Below, piece after piece: positions 1 to 13,337 of a stretch of 64,000 nucleotides of DNA; position 1 is the first letter of the stretch, and each line of letters begins with the position of its first letter. The translations under genes were made by a program, and so were the position numbers. Location: assembly GCA_963806845.1 (NCBI GenBank), contig CAWDZO010000021.1:136045-200044 (forward strand), given 5' to 3'. The notes under the pieces were generated by a model that was not told where the DNA came from, searched no databases, and saw only the letters and a list, made by a program, of their open reading frames with translations. This DNA comes from an uncultured Methanoregulaceae archaeon. Its GTDB lineage: Archaea > Halobacteriota > Methanomicrobia > Methanomicrobiales > Methanospirillaceae.

Positions 1-611
1 CTTCAGGAAAAAAGACTCGTCTCGGTATCCCAGTCTGCACCCAAACGGTTTGCTGCCTTTTCCCCGGAAGACGCGATTTCCAAACTGATGGACCATATCG
101 AACGGGATGCAAAATATGCCCGCGATTCCTTATCGTCGATACACCGGGAACGAATCAGGCCCGGGAACGGAGAGTGAGGAACTGATATGGAATGTCTATG
201 GTATCGAAAATATCAAAAAAAAATTCACCGATATCATTTCCCGTGCAAAACATGAGATCAGAATTATTGCTCACCCCCAGATTATTATCACCGGAAATTC
301 AAGAGAAACTCGTCTCATATGGCAGATGACTATCAAAGTTGAAATTGTCACCCCCCAGTGGGACGGGAGAGATACCAGGAAAAATGAGAGTCTATGTCAT
401 AAAACATCCCGAAATCCCACAAGAACTTGATAAGGCAAAAGATATGATGGCCGGTGGCGTCTGTATTGTTGACAACCGGAGCGTAATGGTTATCATTGGC
501 ATGGGGAAGAGGATGCAGTTGCACTGTTTTCAGAATCTGAAGGATTCGTCCGCTTCTTTTTACGGTATTACAACCTGATCTTCGACTGGGCCAAAAAAAC
601 CGGATGAATAA
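1..611 (+). CDS. TrmB-family transcriptional regulator (5' truncated by window, frameshifted)
   Basis: Stitched reading LQEKRLVSVSQSAPKRFAAFSPEDAI...IWNVYGIENIKKKFTDIISRAKHEIRI resembles the TrmB HTH end plus effector domain; TAA at 609-611. Confidence 0.7.
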
Positions 612-622
612 AGATATTCTTT

Positions 623-1388
623 TTAATAATCCCTGATCTCATCCATCTGCGAGATTTCCATCAGTCCCTTCATTGCCTGTGTCTGAACCCAGCGACCACC
701 TTCCCGTATTGCCGCCATCGGATTTGTGCCGCCAACAGCTGCAATGGCAACATACTGCGGACTTACAGGAACACCGAGAAGCGACAGGTTCGGCATACCC
801 ACTTCAAGAATCCCGGTGAGAACTGCTGCTTGAGAGTTCATCGAGCACACTGCCGACCAGAGGTTCTGCTTCCATATGGAACTCCCGGATATTTGCAAGA
901 ATTGCCCCGCTTCCCGTCCGCATAACATTGGTTACTGAGGTGGTCTTCTGGGATATGAGCACCTGCAGCGGATCGATGGTCGTGTGTTCATACAGGATGA
1001 TATGGGTAAAGCGGATAGGTGTCCGGTTTTCAATCTCGACTACCCCGCCACCAATCGGGTTGATCGGAATTCCCCGCCGGATCAGAAGACCGTCAAACGT
1101 GATACTGCACATCGTGCAGATACCGGTTAATCCTTTGGGGATCACAAAATCTGCAATTTTTTCACCGGAAGAAAAGAATTTGACCACGCCACTGACACTG
1201 ACACCGGTTTTGTTTGCATCTTTAAGTATGGATATTGCAAAATCGAGATCTTCGTTTTTTATCAGCGAGAGGTTGTAAACAACCTTTCCTTCTCCCGCGA
1301 CCGGATCGAATGTTACCTGAATGGCAAAATCTTCGATATTATGGTTGACAAACTTCAGCGGGAGGGTCATTATACTAATCTCGGACAT
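623..1388 (-). CDS. nrpRII: NrpR regulatory-domain (DUF128) protein without HTH, NrpRII-like; one frameshift near 810
   Basis: Motifs GICTMCSITFDGLLIRRGIP, TTIDPLQVL, GSGAILANIRE and VGGTNPMAA typical of NRD/DUF128. Confidence 0.75.
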
Positions 1389-1430
1389 AACAATAGAAAA
1401 ATTGTTCTATAAGAGTAAGGCAATTTATGT

Positions 1431-2396
1431 ATGATGGAACACGATATGCGGGAAAAAGCCAAGAATGCGATGCGACTCATTCTTGAAGCGGCACGGTATG
1501 AGGTTGAAGAGGTTGATGAACCTCTTGATCTTTCTGCGGTACGTGACGGCACCTGCCTTCTGGTGCTCTGTTCGAACGACAGTGACCTGATCGGACAGTT
1601 CGACAAGACCAATTACAGTCTCATGATCGACGATCATGAGATGAACTGCAAGAAACTTCTCTTTTCTATCGATAAGGAGATTGCAACAGAGAACTGCATC
1701 CAGTGGGGAGTTGACGAATTTGTGCGGTATACCGGTGAGGCAGTTCTTGCCGATATTCTTGACCGCGAACTGGCACTGGATCTCACACCATCAAAAGGCA
1801 GAAAAGCACCGTTACTACTGCATCCGCCGGGCAGGAAGCCAAAGAAAGAAGAGCCTTCAGGTATCACGATCCCTCATTTCCCCATAAAAATCACCGAGCA
1901 GGCAGCAATCCGCACCGGGGGAGTTCAGGGTACTGCAAAACTCCGGTTCATCCCCTATTTCCTTTTCCACTATACGAGCAGCGGCGAGCAGGTCTACAAA
2001 GACCGCAGAATTCCCTTTGATGCAGATGGCTGGGGTGCAATCAATGCAATCAACGGGATAAAGATCGATCTTGATGAGAAGATGGTTGAGGAAACGGAGA
2101 TTCCCGGAGGGGCTGAAGTCTGTGATTCCCATATCCGCAAGGATGAAGCCTCCGAGCGGATTGTCAATGAACTGATCGAACGGCTCACCCAGAAAGTCCG
2201 GATCAAGCAGGAGAAAGGCGATGCGATCTTCTACGAAGAGAAGATCCTAAAACCCGACAGGAAAAATATCACCGTTGATTCCAAGCAGGTCTATATCCCG
2301 GTCTGGCAGATACGGGGCAAGAAGATTGTCGAAGTGAACGCATTCACCGGCGAACTGCTCTCAGAACCGATGGATGAAGGCTGCGAAGTCTTCTAA
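1431..2396 (+). CDS. Conserved hypothetical protein; possible degenerate PD-(D/E)xK-like N-terminus
   Basis: Intact 321-aa ORF with host-like codon usage; C-terminal YIPVWQIRG...VNAFTG. Confidence 0.6.
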   Translation: MMEHDMREKAKNAMRLILEAARYEVEEVDEPLDLSAVRDGTCLLVLCSNDSDLIGQFDKTNYSLMIDDHEMNCKKLLFSIDKEIATENCIQWGVDEFVRYTGEAVLADILDRELALDLTPSKGRKAPLLLHPPGRKPKKEEPSGITIPHFPIKITEQAAIRTGGVQGTAKLRFIPYFLFHYTSSGEQVYKDRRIPFDADGWGAINAINGIKIDLDEKMVEETEIPGGAEVCDSHIRKDEASERIVNELIERLTQKVRIKQEKGDAIFYEEKILKPDRKNITVDSKQVYIPVWQIRGKKIVEVNAFTGELLSEPMDEGCEVF

Positions 2397-2489
2397 AGTA
2401 ACGGGGTTGCACAGGATCGAGAATAATGGAAGATCCCGGCTCCTCTCGTTAAAAAACAGAATTTTTCTCTTTATAGTAAAGGAAATCCC

Positions 2490-3852
2490 ATGATCGTTGT
2501 TCTTGGGGGTGGCCCGGCGGGAAGGATCGCATCAATCCGGCTCGCATCCGCAGGAAAAGAGGTCCGGCTTATCGAGCGCGGGGGTATCGGGGGTCAATGC
2601 CTCCATTTTGGCTGCATGCCCGTCTGTGCCCTGAATGATGTGGCCCGCTCCATCCATTCAGCACGGAAATTCCAGCATCTCGGGATTATCGATTCTGCTC
2701 CCGACATCAATTTTTCCACGATGCTTTCAGAGATGCATGCGATCCAGGCAAAGATCGCATCTGTTCTGGATACCGAGACAAAATCTGCCGGTGTAGACAT
2801 TATCTATGGGAAAACCGGCAGGCTTGAGGGAAAGACGGTTTTTCTGGAGATGAGAAGATGGAGGCGGATGCGGTAATTGCCGCTACGGGATCACGACCCA
2901 ATATTCCGGATATCGAAGGGATCAATCTCCCGGAAGTATATACCCCCCATACCCTGTTTGGTATGAAAGAAATCCCAAAAAAACTGGCAATTATCGGGGG
3001 AGGTGTGATGGCTGCTGAATTTGCCTATATTTTCAGCACGTTCGGCAGCGAGGTGACCATCTGTGCCGGAGCACATTTTTGAAAAACATCGATAAACATC
3101 TCCGTGCCCTTGCAATAAAGGAACTTACATCGGATTAAGATTCAGGAAAATACCAGGTTCAATCGATATCCGGGGGATCGCGTGAAATCCACTCGGTTCG
3201 TGTGAGAGCAGACGACAAGGATGAATCGCTTGATGCAGATGCAGTTCTGATCGCCGCAGGACTCGTCCCGCGTTCTGAAATGCTCAACGGAATAAAGAAA
3301 GGATCGATTGGTGAAGTCATTGTTGATGACCACATGCAGACCAGTGTTCCGGATGTGTATGCCTGCGGGGATGTGATCGGTCCTCCCTACCTCACACCCG
3401 TTGCCCGGCACCAGGGTATTGTTGCTGCGGATAACATCCTTGGTATTCCCCGCACCATGGATATCCCGTATCATCCCGCAATCGATCAACCTCTCGCAGG
3501 AACTGGCATTTTGCATCCGGAAACGAAGGATGCGCATCACTTGCGATTCCCGGACCTGCAGGACCGGGCACATTCTGGTCAGTCCCTTCCGGTGATACCG
3601 GACTTGCAAAGGTTATGGTTGATCCGGATAACGGGGCACATCGAGGGAATATGTGCTGCAGGACCGGGCGGCGGACTTATTGCAGGATATATGGCATTTC
3701 TCATGAGCCGCCATTTTTCCGTCCATGACTTTGAGGAGTTTATCGAAGTCCATCCATCAACCGATGGCGTATACGGGCTTGCAAAATATGCATCAGGGAT
3801 GCTCAAAAAGCAGAAAAACGATCATAATGCAGGACTTTTTTACTGTATCTGA
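2490..3852 (+). CDS. Dihydrolipoamide dehydrogenase-like FAD-dependent pyridine nucleotide-disulfide oxidoreductase (frameshifted)
   Basis: GGGPAG, GGQCLHFGCMP redox disulfide, IIGGGVMAAE, YACGD and HPS motifs over three frames. Confidence 0.85.
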
Positions 3853-3985
3853 TTTTTTGTACCTGATTTGCCATTGAAGGAACAAATATAAGGTCATTTT
3901 TCCGGCGCAAATGCTGATGGTATTATTACCACCAGAATCGCATAATTACGATACATATCATCCTACTCACCGTGGTGCTTTTAAG

Positions 3986-6038
<2,053 letters not shown>

Positions 6039-6091
6039 GGGTCTGCCTTCAGGAGCACGGGTGGATTCCCCTGCCCCATGCCAAAAGAATA

Positions 6092-7315
6092 TTATCCAAA
6101 TATCTTTTTTGATTGTTCAAGTGCATCAACAGCCGGGAGTTTTTTGCCGGTCAGAAACTCAATACAGGCCCCGCCACCCGTAGAGATATGGGTGAAATCC
6201 TGTTCAATGCCAAGTTTTTCTATGACTGCAGCAGTGTGCCCGCCACCGACAACTGAGAACTCAACCTGTGAGGCAGCCCTGAGCAGTTCGTAGGTACCGG
6301 TCGCAAAATCAGCATCTTCAAAGACACCGGCAGGTCCGTTAAAGACAACAGTACCTGCCTTTTTAAGAGCCTGAACAAGGGATGCAAGAGCGTCCATACC
6401 AAGGTCGAGCACGGGTGTATCTTCAGGAATCCTGTCAATGGGATATTCGACACGATGATTATCCTGCCTCACGGCAACAGATTCCGGCATAACCACACGG
6501 TCCCGGTAAAGGGAAAGAATCTCCTTTGCTTTTTCAATTTCCGGCTGGTATTTGAGTTGGGCAATCAGCTGGGTAGAGGGTTTTCCGATATTGTAACCGG
6601 CAGCAATCAAAAAGACATTGGCAACAACACCGATCACGATAACCTGATCGGCAATGCCGTTCGCCAGCACGTGCCGGGCGACATCAATAGAATCATCCAC
6701 TTTAGTGCCGCCAAGAACCATGCAGACCGGGCGGGGTGCACCGGAAAATACTTTCGAGAGTGTTGCAACTTCCTTTTCCATAAGGAGTCCGCCCGCTGAT
6801 CGCATGGCAAGAGGGAGACCCACGATGGTTGGTTGTGAGCGGTGGGCGGTACCAAAGGCATCGTTTACAAAAACATCAGCCATTGAGGACAGTTTTTTTA
6901 CCAGATGTGTCTTTTTTGCTTCTTCTGGTTTCAGGGTCAGGTTCTCTTCTGCATTGAACCTGACATTTTCCAGCATCAGCACATCACCAACCTTCATGGC
7001 ATGCACGGATTCCCGTGCATGACGCCCGAATATGCCGTCAATGTACTTGACCGGCTTTCCCAGCAGCTGCTCGAGCTTCTCTGCGTGGGCTTCAAGCGTG
7101 GTGAAATCTTTTTTTCCGGGTCTGCTCTGGTGGGTGACAATCACAACGCGGCTGTCAGAAAGGGCGCGGATTGTCGGAAGGTGCTCCCGGAAGCGTTTGT
7201 CATCGAGAATAATGTTGGAGGTGGGATCAATGGGGGAGTTGAGATCGAGCCGGAGGAGGACGGTTTTTCCGTTACACCCCAACTCCCTGATGGTTCCAAT
7301 CTGCATCCAGACCAC
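6092..7315 (-). CDS. pgk: Phosphoglycerate kinase
   Basis: RLDLNSP, HQSRPG, LENVRF, VNDAFGTAHR, NGPAGVFE, HISTGGGA. Confidence 0.97.
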   Translation of the reverse strand: MVWMQIGTIRELGCNGKTVLLRLDLNSPIDPTSNIILDDKRFREHLPTIRALSDSRVVIVTHQSRPGKKDFTTLEAHAEKLEQLLGKPVKYIDGIFGRHARESVHAMKVGDVLMLENVRFNAEENLTLKPEEAKKTHLVKKLSSMADVFVNDAFGTAHRSQPTIVGLPLAMRSAGGLLMEKEVATLSKVFSGAPRPVCMVLGGTKVDDSIDVARHVLANGIADQVIVIGVVANVFLIAAGYNIGKPSTQLIAQLKYQPEIEKAKEILSLYRDRVVMPESVAVRQDNHRVEYPIDRIPEDTPVLDLGMDALASLVQALKKAGTVVFNGPAGVFEDADFATGTYELLRAASQVEFSVVGGGHTAAVIEKLGIEQDFTHISTGGGACIEFLTGKKLPAVDALEQSKKIFG

Positions 7316-7324
7316 CTTACCGAT

Positions 7325-7955
7325 TTATGATGTGCTCCGGGCTTTGATTCTTTTCATCCGGAAGAGCTCTTCACGCTCCATCTCATCGAGGCGCATCTTG
7401 ATGAAGTCCCGGGCTGCGGTGAGTTCGGGGATTACCTTGAACTCGAGGGCATTTACCCTCCTTTTTGTCTTTTCAATCTCGTCAAGCAGGCGTTTCATCG
7501 TGGTTTCGATCTCGGCGCTTTCGATGATTGATTCCACAAGTTCTTCGAATGCAGAAGCAGTTTCATCAATGACCGTTGACGTTCCAAGAACACCATAGCC
7601 CCGGTCCACGAGGCTCTTCTTTACCTTGGATGATTCAATCTGGGGTACGATAACCCCCATAATATTTTTGCTTTTCAGGGTAATTTCCGGGACCTCTTTT
7701 ACCGAGAATGCCGCTGATTTCACACCAATCGCACCTTCTACGGTGTTGGCAAGTGCCATCATCTCTACGGCAACCTGATATTTATCCAGAAGTTCACCCC
7801 TGCTATCCTTCGCAGTTGGCAAGCACCTTGAAAAATTCAAGGATCAGTCCATCGCGCTTCATTTTGAGGATTTTGTAGCCCCGCTCGGAGAGCTGGATCT
7901 TCCGTTTCAGGTTGATCAGTTCCGACCGGGTCGGCTTGATATCACGCAGCGCCAT
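7325..7955 (-). CDS. atpD: A1AO ATP synthase subunit D (frameshift near 7820)
   Basis: MALRDIKPTRSELI...LKMKRDGL; EIEKTKRRVNALE; last gene of the operon. Confidence 0.95.
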
Positions 7956-7961
7956 GGACAG

Positions 7962-9350
7962 TTACTCCTTCTTTGCACCGGCCTTGAACTTCGGGTGGTA
8001 CTTGTTGATCAGTTCGCGGTCAATACGAGTCAGCTGCTCAACCGGCAGCGTCGACAGGAGGTCCCAGCCAAGGTTCAGGGTATCTTCTATAGTGCGGTCC
8101 TCGTCATAGCCCTGGCGGACAAAGCGGTTCTCAAAGATATCCGCAAACTCGAGGAGCAGGCGGTCCCGCTCGGAGAGTGCGTCCTTACCAACGATAGCCA
8201 CGAGGCCACGGAGATCGTTCCCTTCCGCGTACCCGGCATACATCTGGTCGGAGACCTTCTTGTGGTCTTCCCGCGTATGTCCCTTTCCGATACCGAGGTT
8301 CATCAGCCGCGAGAGAGAGGGCAGCACATTGATAGGCGGGTAGATACCCTTACGGTGAAGATCCCGGTTGACCACAATCTGACCTTCGGTGATATACCCG
8401 GTCAGGTCAGGGATCGGATGGGTGATATCGTCACCGGGCATTGTCAGGATCGGGATCTGGGTGACCGAGCCCTTCAGGCCCTTGATCATCCCGGCACGCT
8501 CATAGAGACAGGCAAGGTCCGTGTACATGTATCCCGGATACCCACGGCGTCCTGGTACTTCTTCACGGGCCGCACCGATCTGCCGGAGCGCCTCGCAATA
8601 GTTGGTCATATCCGTCAGGATGACAAGCACGTGCATACCGAGCTCAAAAGCAAGGTATTCGGCGGTGGTGAGGGCAAGCCGCGGTGTGATGATACGTTCG
8701 ACGGCCGGGTCATCTGCAAGGTTGAGGAAGACTACCGCTCGCTCGAGTGCACCGGTACGCTCGAAGTCCTGCATGAAATAATTTGCTTCTTCCTTCGTTA
8801 TACCCATCGCAGCGAAGACCACGGCGAAACTCTCGGTCGAGCCAGGCACCTTCGCCTGCCGTGCGATCTGCAGCGCGACTTTGTTGTGAGGGAGACCGGC
8901 TCCAGAGAAGATCGGGAGCTTCTGGCCACGGACAAGGGTATTGGTACCATCGATGGTCGAGATACCGGTCTGGATGAAATCCGCCGGCATGCCCCTGGCG
9001 TACGGGTTAATTGCAGCACCGGTGATATCGAGTCGTTTCTCCGGGACAATTTCGGGGCCGCCATCGATAGGTTTACCGCCACCGGACAGGATACGGCCGA
9101 GCATTTCACGACCCACGGGCATCTTGATGGTCTCACCGGTGAAACGGACACCGCTGTCCCTGCCGATACCGGTCGTATTCTCGAAGATCTGGACCACTAC
9201 CAGTTCGTCGCTCGTGTCGAGAACCTGACCACGCTTGGTTGAGCCATCGGAAAGAATTATGTGCACGAGCTCCCCGTAGGCAATCGGCTCGGTCTTCTCG
9301 ACGAAAACGAGAGGACCGGCAATCTTGTTGATCGTCCTGTATTCCTTCAT
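7962..9350 (-). CDS. atpB: A1AO ATP synthase subunit B
   Basis: [46 protein letters not shown]. Confidence 0.98.
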   Translation of the reverse strand: MKEYRTINKIAGPLVFVEKTEPIAYGELVHIILSDGSTKRGQVLDTSDELVVVQIFENTTGIGRDSGVRFTGETIKMPVGREMLGRILSGGGKPIDGGPEIVPEKRLDITGAAINPYARGMPADFIQTGISTIDGTNTLVRGQKLPIFSGAGLPHNKVALQIARQAKVPGSTESFAVVFAAMGITKEEANYFMQDFERTGALERAVVFLNLADDPAVERIITPRLALTTAEYLAFELGMHVLVILTDMTNYCEALRQIGAAREEVPGRRGYPGYMYTDLACLYERAGMIKGLKGSVTQIPILTMPGDDITHPIPDLTGYITEGQIVVNRDLHRKGIYPPINVLPSLSRLMNLGIGKGHTREDHKKVSDQMYAGYAEGNDLRGLVAIVGKDALSERDRLLLEFADIFENRFVRQGYDEDRTIEDTLNLGWDLLSTLPVEQLTRIDRELINKYHPKFKAGAKKE

Positions 9351-11113
9351 GCTGCCGACCTCAGTGTGTTGAACTCAGCGTCCATCTCTTTCTCGATTTT
9401 CGCCAGTTCGGGCTTGTAGTCCTTGATGAACTTGATCTGGGGCAGCTCGTTCTTCGATTTGACCCCGTTGATCTGCGTCGGGCTGACACCGGCAATCTGG
9501 GCGGCGTAGGCAAGTTCGGCGAAGAGCTTGATCGCCTTCATCATGTCGTACTGCTTTGTCATGTCACAGAACGTGTCAACAGCGTCGTACGCGTTCTGCT
9601 GGAGGAAGATCTCACGGATCATACGGGCGACTTCGATAGTGACCTGTTCTGACTCCGGCAGGGCATCGGAACCGACGAGCTGCACGATTTCCTGGAGCTC
9701 GGCCTCTTTCTGCAGGACTTCCATAGCCCACGAGCGGATCTTGTTCCACTCGGGGGAGACTTCCTTGTCATAGTAGTCGTGGAGTGCCTCAAGATAGAGG
9801 GAGTAGGAGTTGAGCCAGTTGATCGCCGGGAAGTGCCGGCGCTGGGAGAGCTTCGCATCCAGTGCCCAGAACACCTTGACGATACGAAGAGTGTTCTGGG
9901 TGACCGGCTCGGAGAAATCACCGCCCGGCGGAGAGACCGCACCAATGACCGATACCGACCCTGATGCTCCGTTCAGGGTCTTGACAAGACCGGCACGCTC
10001 GTAGAACTCGGAGAGCCGTGCTGCAAGGTATGCCGGATATCCTTCTTCACCGGGCATCTCTTCGAGACGGGAGGAGATCTCACGCATCGCTTCTGCCCAG
10101 CGGGAGGTCGAATCTGCCATCAGCGAGACATCGTAGCCCATGTCACGGAAGTACTCCGCGATCGTGATACCGGTATACACCGATGCTTCACGGGCAGCAA
10201 CCGGCATGTTGGACGTGTTTGCAATAAGTACCGTCCTCTCCATGAGCGGTTTACCGGTCTTCGGGTCCTCGAGGTGCGGGAACTCCGTCAGGACTTCCGT
10301 CATCTCGTTGCCGCGTTCGCCGCAGCCGATATAGACCACGATCTCGGCATCCGACCACTTGGCCAGCTGCTGCTGGGTAACCGTCTTACCGCTCCCGAAC
10401 GGGCCGGGAATTGCAGCGGTGCCGCCCTTTGCGATCGGGAAGAGACCGTCAAGGATACGTTGACCGGTGATCAGCGGGATCGTCGGGTTCTTCTTTTCTT
10501 TCACGGGACGCGGAACACGGACCGGCCAGCGCTGGATCATCGGGTACTCGCGACCATCATCGAGGATGCAGATCGTCTCATCAACGGTAAAGTCCCCGCT
10601 CTTGATCGTTTTGACAATGCCTGCCTTCACATTGGGCGGGAGCATGACCTTATGGACGATGTTGGTTTCCTGAACTTCACCAAGGATTGCTCCCGGTTCG
10701 ACCGTATCCCCTGTTTTTACGACCGGTTTGAAGGTCCACTTCTTCTCATGCGAAAGCCCGGGTGCAGAAACACCACGTTCAATGAAGTTGCCCATCTTGT
10801 CCACAAGCACGGCAAGAGGTCGCTGGATCCCATCATAGATACTGGTCAGAAGACCCGGACCGAGCTCCACTGCGAGAGAGAGTCCGGTGTTTTCCACCGG
10901 TTCTCCGGGCCTGATACCGGATGTATCCTCATAGACCTGGATGATGATGTTGTCACCCTGGATCTTGATGACTTCTCCCATCAGCGCTTCTTTACCGACC
11001 TTCACCACATCGTACATGTGGGCGTCAAGATTGACTGCCGTAACGACAGGGCCGGCGATTCTTTTGAGAACCCCTTGTTTTGCGTCTTTTGATTTTTTGG
11101 TTTTTACTTCCAC
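9347..11113 (-). CDS. atpA: A1AO ATP synthase subunit A (no intein)
   Basis: GPFGSGKT P-loop, [20 protein letters not shown]; 588 aa. Confidence 0.98.
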   Translation of the reverse strand: MEVKTKKSKDAKQGVLKRIAGPVVTAVNLDAHMYDVVKVGKEALMGEVIKIQGDNIIIQVYEDTSGIRPGEPVENTGLSLAVELGPGLLTSIYDGIQRPLAVLVDKMGNFIERGVSAPGLSHEKKWTFKPVVKTGDTVEPGAILGEVQETNIVHKVMLPPNVKAGIVKTIKSGDFTVDETICILDDGREYPMIQRWPVRVPRPVKEKKNPTIPLITGQRILDGLFPIAKGGTAAIPGPFGSGKTVTQQQLAKWSDAEIVVYIGCGERGNEMTEVLTEFPHLEDPKTGKPLMERTVLIANTSNMPVAAREASVYTGITIAEYFRDMGYDVSLMADSTSRWAEAMREISSRLEEMPGEEGYPAYLAARLSEFYERAGLVKTLNGASGSVSVIGAVSPPGGDFSEPVTQNTLRIVKVFWALDAKLSQRRHFPAINWLNSYSLYLEALHDYYDKEVSPEWNKIRSWAMEVLQKEAELQEIVQLVGSDALPESEQVTIEVARMIREIFLQQNAYDAVDTFCDMTKQYDMMKAIKLFAELAYAAQIAGVSPTQINGVKSKNELPQIKFIKDYKPELAKIEKEMDAEFNTLRSAA

Positions 11114-11406
11114 AGATCAACACCCACCGATCTCTTGATTCTCTCTCTCATGGTCAATCCCCCTTCCTCAGCACCAATGGCGATCACGGTCGGCTTGACA
11201 GAATTTTCCAGGGTTGTGCGAAGCCTGCGGGGAATTTTTTCCATATCGCTGCTGTTGAGGACGAGAATGCCGACCTGCCCGTCCTGCAGCACGCTGGTGA
11301 TATATTCATTGCGTTTTTCATCATTTTCTGCAGCATACGTTTTACGAATGCCCGCAAGACGAAACCCGAGAATGAACTCACTGTTGCCAATGACTGCAAT
11401 CTCCAT
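11104..11406 (-). CDS. atpF: A1AO ATP synthase subunit F
   Basis: MEIAVIG...GFRLAGI...[11 protein letters not shown]. Confidence 0.95.
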   Translation of the reverse strand: MEIAVIGNSEFILGFRLAGIRKTYAAENDEKRNEYITSVLQDGQVGILVLNSSDMEKIPRRLRTTLENSVKPTVIAIGAEEGGLTMRERIKRSVGVDLWK

Positions 11407-12461
11407 TTACACCACCAGATATTCTGCTATCCTTTCCGACGGGAGTTTTGATTCTTTTCCTCTCGCAAGCGCCCGCAGGTTGAACACTTCGTACTTTTTC
11501 TTTTCCAGGTAGACAAGGATCGGATGAATCGAGAATGGATTGCGCTTCGACAACCGCTCCATCTGTTCCAGTTGTACGCGGGTCAGCCTGGTCTCAACAT
11601 CGCGTATCGCTTTTTCACTTTTCAGCTCATCAAGGAGGGCAATCAGGAGTGTGTTGCGGATCTTTGTTTTGAGCAGATCGATAAACTCGGTCTGGTCCCG
11701 GATGGTATTCAGGTTTGCAAAATCCGCTGATGAAAGAACGCCCCCGGCAATATACATCTCACGTGCATCTTCCTCAAAGGTATCCACACGCAGCCGGAAG
11801 AGGGTCTTGATATTCCGGATGTCAATATCAAACCTGATAAAATCGAGGAACTGGTTTCCTCCTTTGATTCCGCTTTCTGCCTCTGCAATAATCTCTGAGA
11901 AGAACTGTTTGTAGAGCTCATTTTCCATCTGGGAGAACGAGCCGCTCTCTTTGGCAGCCGGGTACTCACGGGAGAGCACCGGATATATCCGGTTCCCTTT
12001 GAGGGCTTCGACAATCCTTTCGGGACTGTCTTCTGCTAAAAGACGGTCAAGGATGACCCGATCAAGACTTCCCGCAGGGACAAGATCTCCTTGATCTTCC
12101 CCACCTTCTCTCCCTGCATCTTGCCCCGCAGGATGGTGAGAACATTCTGGATATCCCAGCGGCGGAGATATGACCGGGTGAACTGTTTTAAGTTTCCCGG
12201 GGTGATCTCCAGGATCTTCTGGTATTCTTTGGCAAGGTTCCAGCTCAGGGCAACTTCAATAAGGTCAATCCCTTTAAAGACTGTACTGAGCTCATCGATC
12301 TCCTGTTTGTATTCAGTTTCCTGGATAATACGGGTGATTTCCGGGAGGCTCATATTGAGCATCCGCATGTACTCCTCGCGGGGTATGAGCTTCGCTTTTC
12401 TCACCCGCATCCTGGTACAAACGTAAATGTATGGTGCAAAGACACTTTTCACTGCAACCAT
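11407..12461 (-). CDS. atpC: A1AO ATP synthase subunit C (frameshifted near 12000-12080)
   Basis: Y..TRMRVRKAKL, RWDIQNVLTILRGK, EVFNLRALARGK; operon position. Confidence 0.92.
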
Positions 12462-12473
12462 CGTCGTACCTCC

Positions 12474-13053
12474 TTAACCAAACAGGATGTCAGATGCATC
12501 TTTCAACCCGGATTCCCACACCTTTGCAAGGAATGTGCGGTAACTGTAATCAATCTGCAATTCGCCTCCTTCACCTTCGACAAGGACTCCCCCATCGATA
12601 TCGACAGGTGTCCCGACTTTGAACCTGGCAAATTCAGGATTCTCGGAGATAACAGCCTTGACTGCTGCCATATCCCGGGTATTGCAGTAAATTTTACCCT
12701 TTGAGATCTCCTTTTTTGCCTCGGTGAGGAGTTTTTTGATGGCTTCGCGATGGAAGCTTTCAGGGAGACCGGCAATCTCCGTTCAGGACTGTTTCGTAGA
12801 CCTTATCCAGCAGTGCCTTCTGCGTGTTTAAGAGCTCCCGTTTGACAAGCAGGTTGGCTGCAGACACTTCCTGATCGATGATATGGGCTGTCTGCTTTGC
12901 CGATTCTGCCTCTGCCGCGAGTTTGATCTCTCCGACACGCTTTCCGGCTGCTGCAAGGATCTTGTCTGTTTCCTGCTTTGACTCTGCACGTATCTTTTCT
13001 GCTTCTTTTTTGCCTTTTTCCCTGATTTCTTCAACAACGGCTTCCAGTCCCAT
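12474..13053 (-). CDS. atpE: A1AO ATP synthase subunit E (frameshifted)
   Basis: [14 protein letters not shown]...; IDGGVLVE...IDYSYRTFL...SDILFG. Confidence 0.92.
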
Positions 13054-13066
13054 TGTCTGCCCCGAT

Positions 13067-13335
13067 TTAGAACAACAGCAGGAGAGCGACGACAAGTCCG
13101 AAAATGACGATTGTTTCCGGAATGACCGTAAGGAGCAGGACAAGCCCGAACACGTCTTTGTTTTCCGCGGTTGCACCAACTGCTGCAGAACCTATCGCCA
13201 TTTCAGCGATACCTGAAGCAATACCGGTTAATCCAACGGCTAAGCCTGCGCCAATCGCCTTCATTCCAATCTGCGATGCCTTCATCAATTCAACATCTGT
13301 AATTACTCTGCTGCTGCTACAACTTCTGCTGCCAT
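13067..13335 (-). CDS. atpK: A1AO ATP synthase proteolipid subunit K/c, single hairpin (frameshift near 5' end)
   Basis: [17 protein letters not shown]...[16 protein letters not shown] with the ion-binding Glu. Confidence 0.93.
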
Positions 13336-13337
13336 TT

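Noticed and set aside
13290-13335. Stop-codon readthrough (Sec/Pyl) in broken genes
   Set aside because: Breaks examined change frame rather than being in-frame TGA/TAG.
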